A model generated the notes under the pieces. The model was not told the DNA's origin, did not search any database, and worked only from the letters and a program-made list of their open reading frames with translations. Made by a program: the position numbers and the translations under genes. This document shows positions 60,816-64,000 of a stretch of 64,000 bases of DNA, piece by piece; position 1 is the first letter of the stretch; each line of letters begins with the position of its first letter. This stretch comes from Patescibacteria group bacterium (GTDB lineage: Bacteria > Patescibacteriota > Dojkabacteria > GCA-002793355), in assembly GCA_016860985.1 (NCBI GenBank), contig BOKM01000001.1, forward strand, positions 156,185 to 220,184. The letters are read 5' to 3'.

Positions 60816-61283
60816 ATGGATCATCTCGCAATAATGAAACCATCATTGCGATTGATTGCAAAAATTCTTACAGGTGAAAAATACATCGAATCGCGTTGGT
60901 ACAAGCATCGAAGAGCACCTTGGGGAAAGGTTTGTGTTGGAGATAGAATATTTTTCAAAGATGCCGGTAAGGTAGTAACTGCAACTGCACGCGTTAGCAA
61001 GGTAATTCAATTGCAAGTTAACTCTCCAGAAGAGGCGCTAAAGTACGCGAAAACATACCAAAAAGGTATTTGCCTTTCACCAGAAGCAACTTCTTCTAAC
61101 ACACAGTGGTTAATCGGTAAGAAATATATAATCCTACTCTACCTAAATGACGCAAGGCCAATTACTCCGTTTCCTATCAATAAATCAGGTTATGGAAATG
61201 CTTGTGCATGGATTACATGTGAGTCAGTCACACAACTCACAGAGAATGCTACTCCGCGACCGCTATCAAAACGTCACGGGTAA
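60816..61283 (+). CDS. ASCH/PUA-like domain protein
   Basis: HLAIMK..KILTGEKYIESR..GDRIFFK. Confidence 0.8.
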   Translation: MDHLAIMKPSLRLIAKILTGEKYIESRWYKHRRAPWGKVCVGDRIFFKDAGKVVTATARVSKVIQLQVNSPEEALKYAKTYQKGICLSPEATSSNTQWLIGKKYIILLYLNDARPITPFPINKSGYGNACAWITCESVTQLTENATPRPLSKRHG

Positions 61284-62313
61284 TTTCATTGAACGCTCTA
61301 TTTAGCCCCGGATGTGCAGCCACAAATAGCTTGCCAAATCTTTTTACAATTTTTTGTGAGACTTCACTATCATGCTTCATACCAGAGTGGGGCATTACTT
61401 GTGCATTAAGCTCCTTCCACTTTTGAACAAAAGCCTGCAAACCTGTTTTTTGAAAGGCAACTGCTAAATAAACGTTTGGCTGCGAGAACAAGTCAGCTAA
61501 GAAATCCTCACGATCATCACGAAGATTATAAACTGCAATCATCTTAGTGAACTGCTTTCTTTTATTCTCATCTGAAAATAGGAGAGACGCAAGCAATCTC
61601 CCGTAATCAACAACAGTGCCATTCAAATAACTGGTTGCTTCTTCAATCGAGTAAGGAACGCCATTTCTTGCAAAGTTTTTAACAAGATCAAGACCATGCA
61701 ATTGCGATTGAATTACCGTACCAAGTAGCTGCTTTCGTTGAGGCGAACCCTCAAAACCAAAAGTTCCTTCTAACGATGGAATGACTGACTCGAGAATCTC
61801 TCCAACAGAGATGGAGCGCGACGTTTTACCCTGCATGATAGGAATGTCTGTTACTTTCGAAGTAAAGGCCGTTTGTAGGATTTCTTCTTTACCAATTTTC
61901 TTACCACTAACATGCGCTGCTGCAACTGCTTCTTCTACTCTTGAGTCTGCAATGCTAAAACTCCAGGAATACAGCGCCATCAGCCCACATCTTAGAATAA
62001 ATTCATCATTGCTTCCAAAAAAATGCACGCTCTTTGGTAAACCTGATCGAGATTGCTCGCATTGAATTGCAAGTGGTAATTCATTTACTAAACCCGGGTA
62101 ATTCTTTAAGACACCTTTTGCAATATTTACTGCAGCTCTTTGCGGTTCGGATAACGCACTAGTTAGATACCTGTGATCAACTACCCGTGCAAACTCAGTA
62201 GACAAGTGATTCAACTCCGGAATAGAAGTAGGGAAAAATTGCTCATGATTTAAGGATCGGGGGTCAACGGATATTTGTGAAGCTAATCTACTCGAAGGTG
62301 ACAATAATGCCAT
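61249..62313 (-). CDS. Hypothetical protein, possible isoprenoid-synthase fold
   Basis: 354 aa, helical; YNLRDDRED (DDxxD). Confidence 0.65.
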   Translation of the reverse strand: MALLSPSSRLASQISVDPRSLNHEQFFPTSIPELNHLSTEFARVVDHRYLTSALSEPQRAAVNIAKGVLKNYPGLVNELPLAIQCEQSRSGLPKSVHFFGSNDEFILRCGLMALYSWSFSIADSRVEEAVAAAHVSGKKIGKEEILQTAFTSKVTDIPIMQGKTSRSISVGEILESVIPSLEGTFGFEGSPQRKQLLGTVIQSQLHGLDLVKNFARNGVPYSIEEATSYLNGTVVDYGRLLASLLFSDENKRKQFTKMIAVYNLRDDREDFLADLFSQPNVYLAVAFQKTGLQAFVQKWKELNAQVMPHSGMKHDSEVSQKIVKRFGKLFVAAHPGLNRAFNEITRDVLIAVAE

Positions 62314-62344
62314 TACGAATTATACCAACAATCCGCGGCACAAG

Positions 62345-62809
62345 CTATTTTCTTTTCGGAATGGTTAGCCCCAAAGGGAGAAAAACGGTAACCAATACAC
62401 CGGCAATTGCCCACAAGCTCAGATAGATGATCATAAAGATTGGCAACACGGTATCTGGTCTTCCATCCAACCCGATTTTCGGGAGGTTTAATGCCATAAG
62501 TACTGCAAGAATTACTGCAAATACTGCAGTAATTGTAGTCGTTTCCCTTCTAAATTCCTGACTCATCTCCTTACCGGTCATCTCTTTAAATCTTGCTGCA
62601 ACAACGACTGAAACAACAGTTGGCACAAGAAACAGCACCAAAAGAGATTTTGTAATTAACCAAAGAAGCGGCGCGACAATAACGGTTGCAATAACAACAA
62701 CTGCAGCCATCATCATTGCTGTTGAGTCATTTGATTTTGAATCAGTAGAACGAGATGATTTTGCTGTTTTTTTCTTACTTACAGCAACTTTTTTGGTTGA
62801 TTTTGGCAT
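62345..62809 (-). CDS. Hypothetical membrane protein
   Basis: Lys-rich N-terminus, about 4 TM. Confidence 0.75.
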   Translation of the reverse strand: MPKSTKKVAVSKKKTAKSSRSTDSKSNDSTAMMMAAVVVIATVIVAPLLWLITKSLLVLFLVPTVVSVVVAARFKEMTGKEMSQEFRRETTTITAVFAVILAVLMALNLPKIGLDGRPDTVLPIFMIIYLSLWAIAGVLVTVFLPLGLTIPKRK

Positions 62810-62837
62810 ACTAGGGCAGTAAATTAATAACTTAAAC

Positions 62838-63578
62838 CTATTTAGGTTTGTTCTCTGTCAATATATCACGTTGAACCCAAGGCGTCCAATAAACTTTACG
62901 CTCAAAGGAGAGTTCACCGCTTCGCTTGCTTACTTGACCAGCATCGAATTCGTAACGAATTACTTCACCTGTTGGAATATCAAGATTAACAATTTGCTCG
63001 TCAGTAATATTTTCAATGTACTTCACAATTGCCCTGAGACTGTTGCCATGCGCAGAAACAATGACATTTTTACCAGAGGCAATAAACGGCATCACTGTAT
63101 TCTTAAAATATGGAACTGCTCGTTTAAAAACATCTTCTAAACTCTCGCCTTCTGGGGGTTTTGCTTTGTAACCACGCCTCCAATGCATAACTTGCTCCTC
63201 TCCATATTTTGCTTTTACTTCTGCTTTATCGAGACCTTGCAACAACCCATAGTGGCGTTCGTTTAATTTGTGAGATTCGTAAATAGGAATATCTTCTTGT
63301 GTAATAAAGTTTGAAGAAAGCGTCAAAGGATCTTTATCTGAAGTATGAACAACAATTCCCGTTTTATTTTGTCGGGAAAGAATTGTAAATAAGGTTTGTT
63401 GTGCTCGAATCAGCTCGGAGGTAAAGGCCACATCGAACTGTGTATTCTTGAGTTTGTCACCACATTCTTGTGCTTCTTTAATACCCAACACACTAAGGGT
63501 GACATCAACCCACCCCGTGAATCGGTTTGCTGCATTCCAGCGAGATTGCCCATGTCTGACCATTACTAACGAGTTCAT
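62838..63578 (-). CDS. gpmA: 2,3-bisphosphoglycerate-dependent phosphoglycerate mutase
   Basis: VRHGQSRWNAANRFTGW, LNERHYGLLQG, AHGNSLR; ATG 63578. Confidence 0.95.
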   Translation of the reverse strand: MNSLVMVRHGQSRWNAANRFTGWVDVTLSVLGIKEAQECGDKLKNTQFDVAFTSELIRAQQTLFTILSRQNKTGIVVHTSDKDPLTLSSNFITQEDIPIYESHKLNERHYGLLQGLDKAEVKAKYGEEQVMHWRRGYKAKPPEGESLEDVFKRAVPYFKNTVMPFIASGKNVIVSAHGNSLRAIVKYIENITDEQIVNLDIPTGEVIRYEFDAGQVSKRSGELSFERKVYWTPWVQRDILTENKPK

Positions 63579-63727
63579 GCTGCAGTATAACAACCCCAGG
63601 GAGAAATGCCAACCCGCTTTTGATTTAGAATTCCAGTCGCATTGTCATGCTTTCACCCATAGCATTTAGCGAAATCATATGATATTATAAAAAAGGTATA
63701 CATTTAACTTAAATCATTCGACACGTT

Positions 63728-64000
63728 ATGCAATTTAATACAGCGCTCACTCTCGAAAAGCTCCTCCGCTCTAAAACAAGAACACGAATTTTGTGGCATT
63801 TTCTTGAGAATATCCAAGTGCGCTCCGGGCTTAGAGAGCTCAGCAGAATTGTGAAATTGCAGGTACACGCTGTCGGCCGTGAGATATCCTTACTCAAGAA
63901 AGCAAATCTACTGATAGAAGAGAAAACACCCTCTAAGAATTTTTACTCACTAAATACCGACCACCCCTTCTTTGGTGAAATTGTTTCACTTTTCCATAAA
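63728..64000 (+). CDS. Winged-helix DNA-binding protein (partial, runs off window end)
   Basis: Manual translation: MQFNTALTLEKLLRSKTRTRILWHF...LRELSR...VGREISLLKKANLL...FYSLNTDHPFF. Confidence 0.75.
   Translation, partial: MQFNTALTLEKLLRSKTRTRILWHFLENIQVRSGLRELSRIVKLQVHAVGREISLLKKANLLIEEKTPSKNFYSLNTDHPFFGEIVSLFHK

Noticed and set aside
1-64000. Alternative genetic code (UGA=Gly), prophage, IS, integrase or rRNA
   Set aside because: TGA terminates intact genes and RF2 is present; no phage, transposase, tyrosine/serine recombinase or rRNA signatures were recognised

Overview
Gene-dense bacterial chromosome segment, about 40% GC by eye, translation table 11 (TGA used as stop, RF2 present). 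Gene content and architecture suggest a Patescibacteria/CPR genome; this is an inference. Bases 1-37 kb are mostly housekeeping: gatCA, murJ, gpmI, prfB-ftsEX-M23, hpf/pth/ybeY/rpsU, proS with a T-box, rpsB-tsf-frr-rseP, dprA-topA-radC, gltX with tRNA-Gln, recA-recJ, and large surface proteins. Bases 37-64 kb are mostly accessory: two CsoR-family loci (trxA; a copA operon), tRNA-Pro/Lys/Asn, a GT2 polysaccharide operon, NRAMP, class II RNR, SDRs and gpmA. The strongest unexplained signal is at tRNA-Lys and tRNA-Asn. These share a 17/18-identical T-arm/3' sequence, and each is followed by repeated copies or derivatives of its own 3' end. The repeats delimit highly folded non-coding units (Lys) or self-promotered one/two-gene cassettes (Asn), and no integrase lies in the window, suggesting an integron-like, tRNA-anchored cassette system. 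Other notable items: a compact, probably translational proS T-box; a GT2 operon flanked by two apparent pseudo-enzymes; related HhH/SAM-like tails on uS2 and FtsE; a circularly permuted M23 domain; and pervasive leaderless promoter-ATG architecture. All calls come from reading motifs by eye; no database searches were run.
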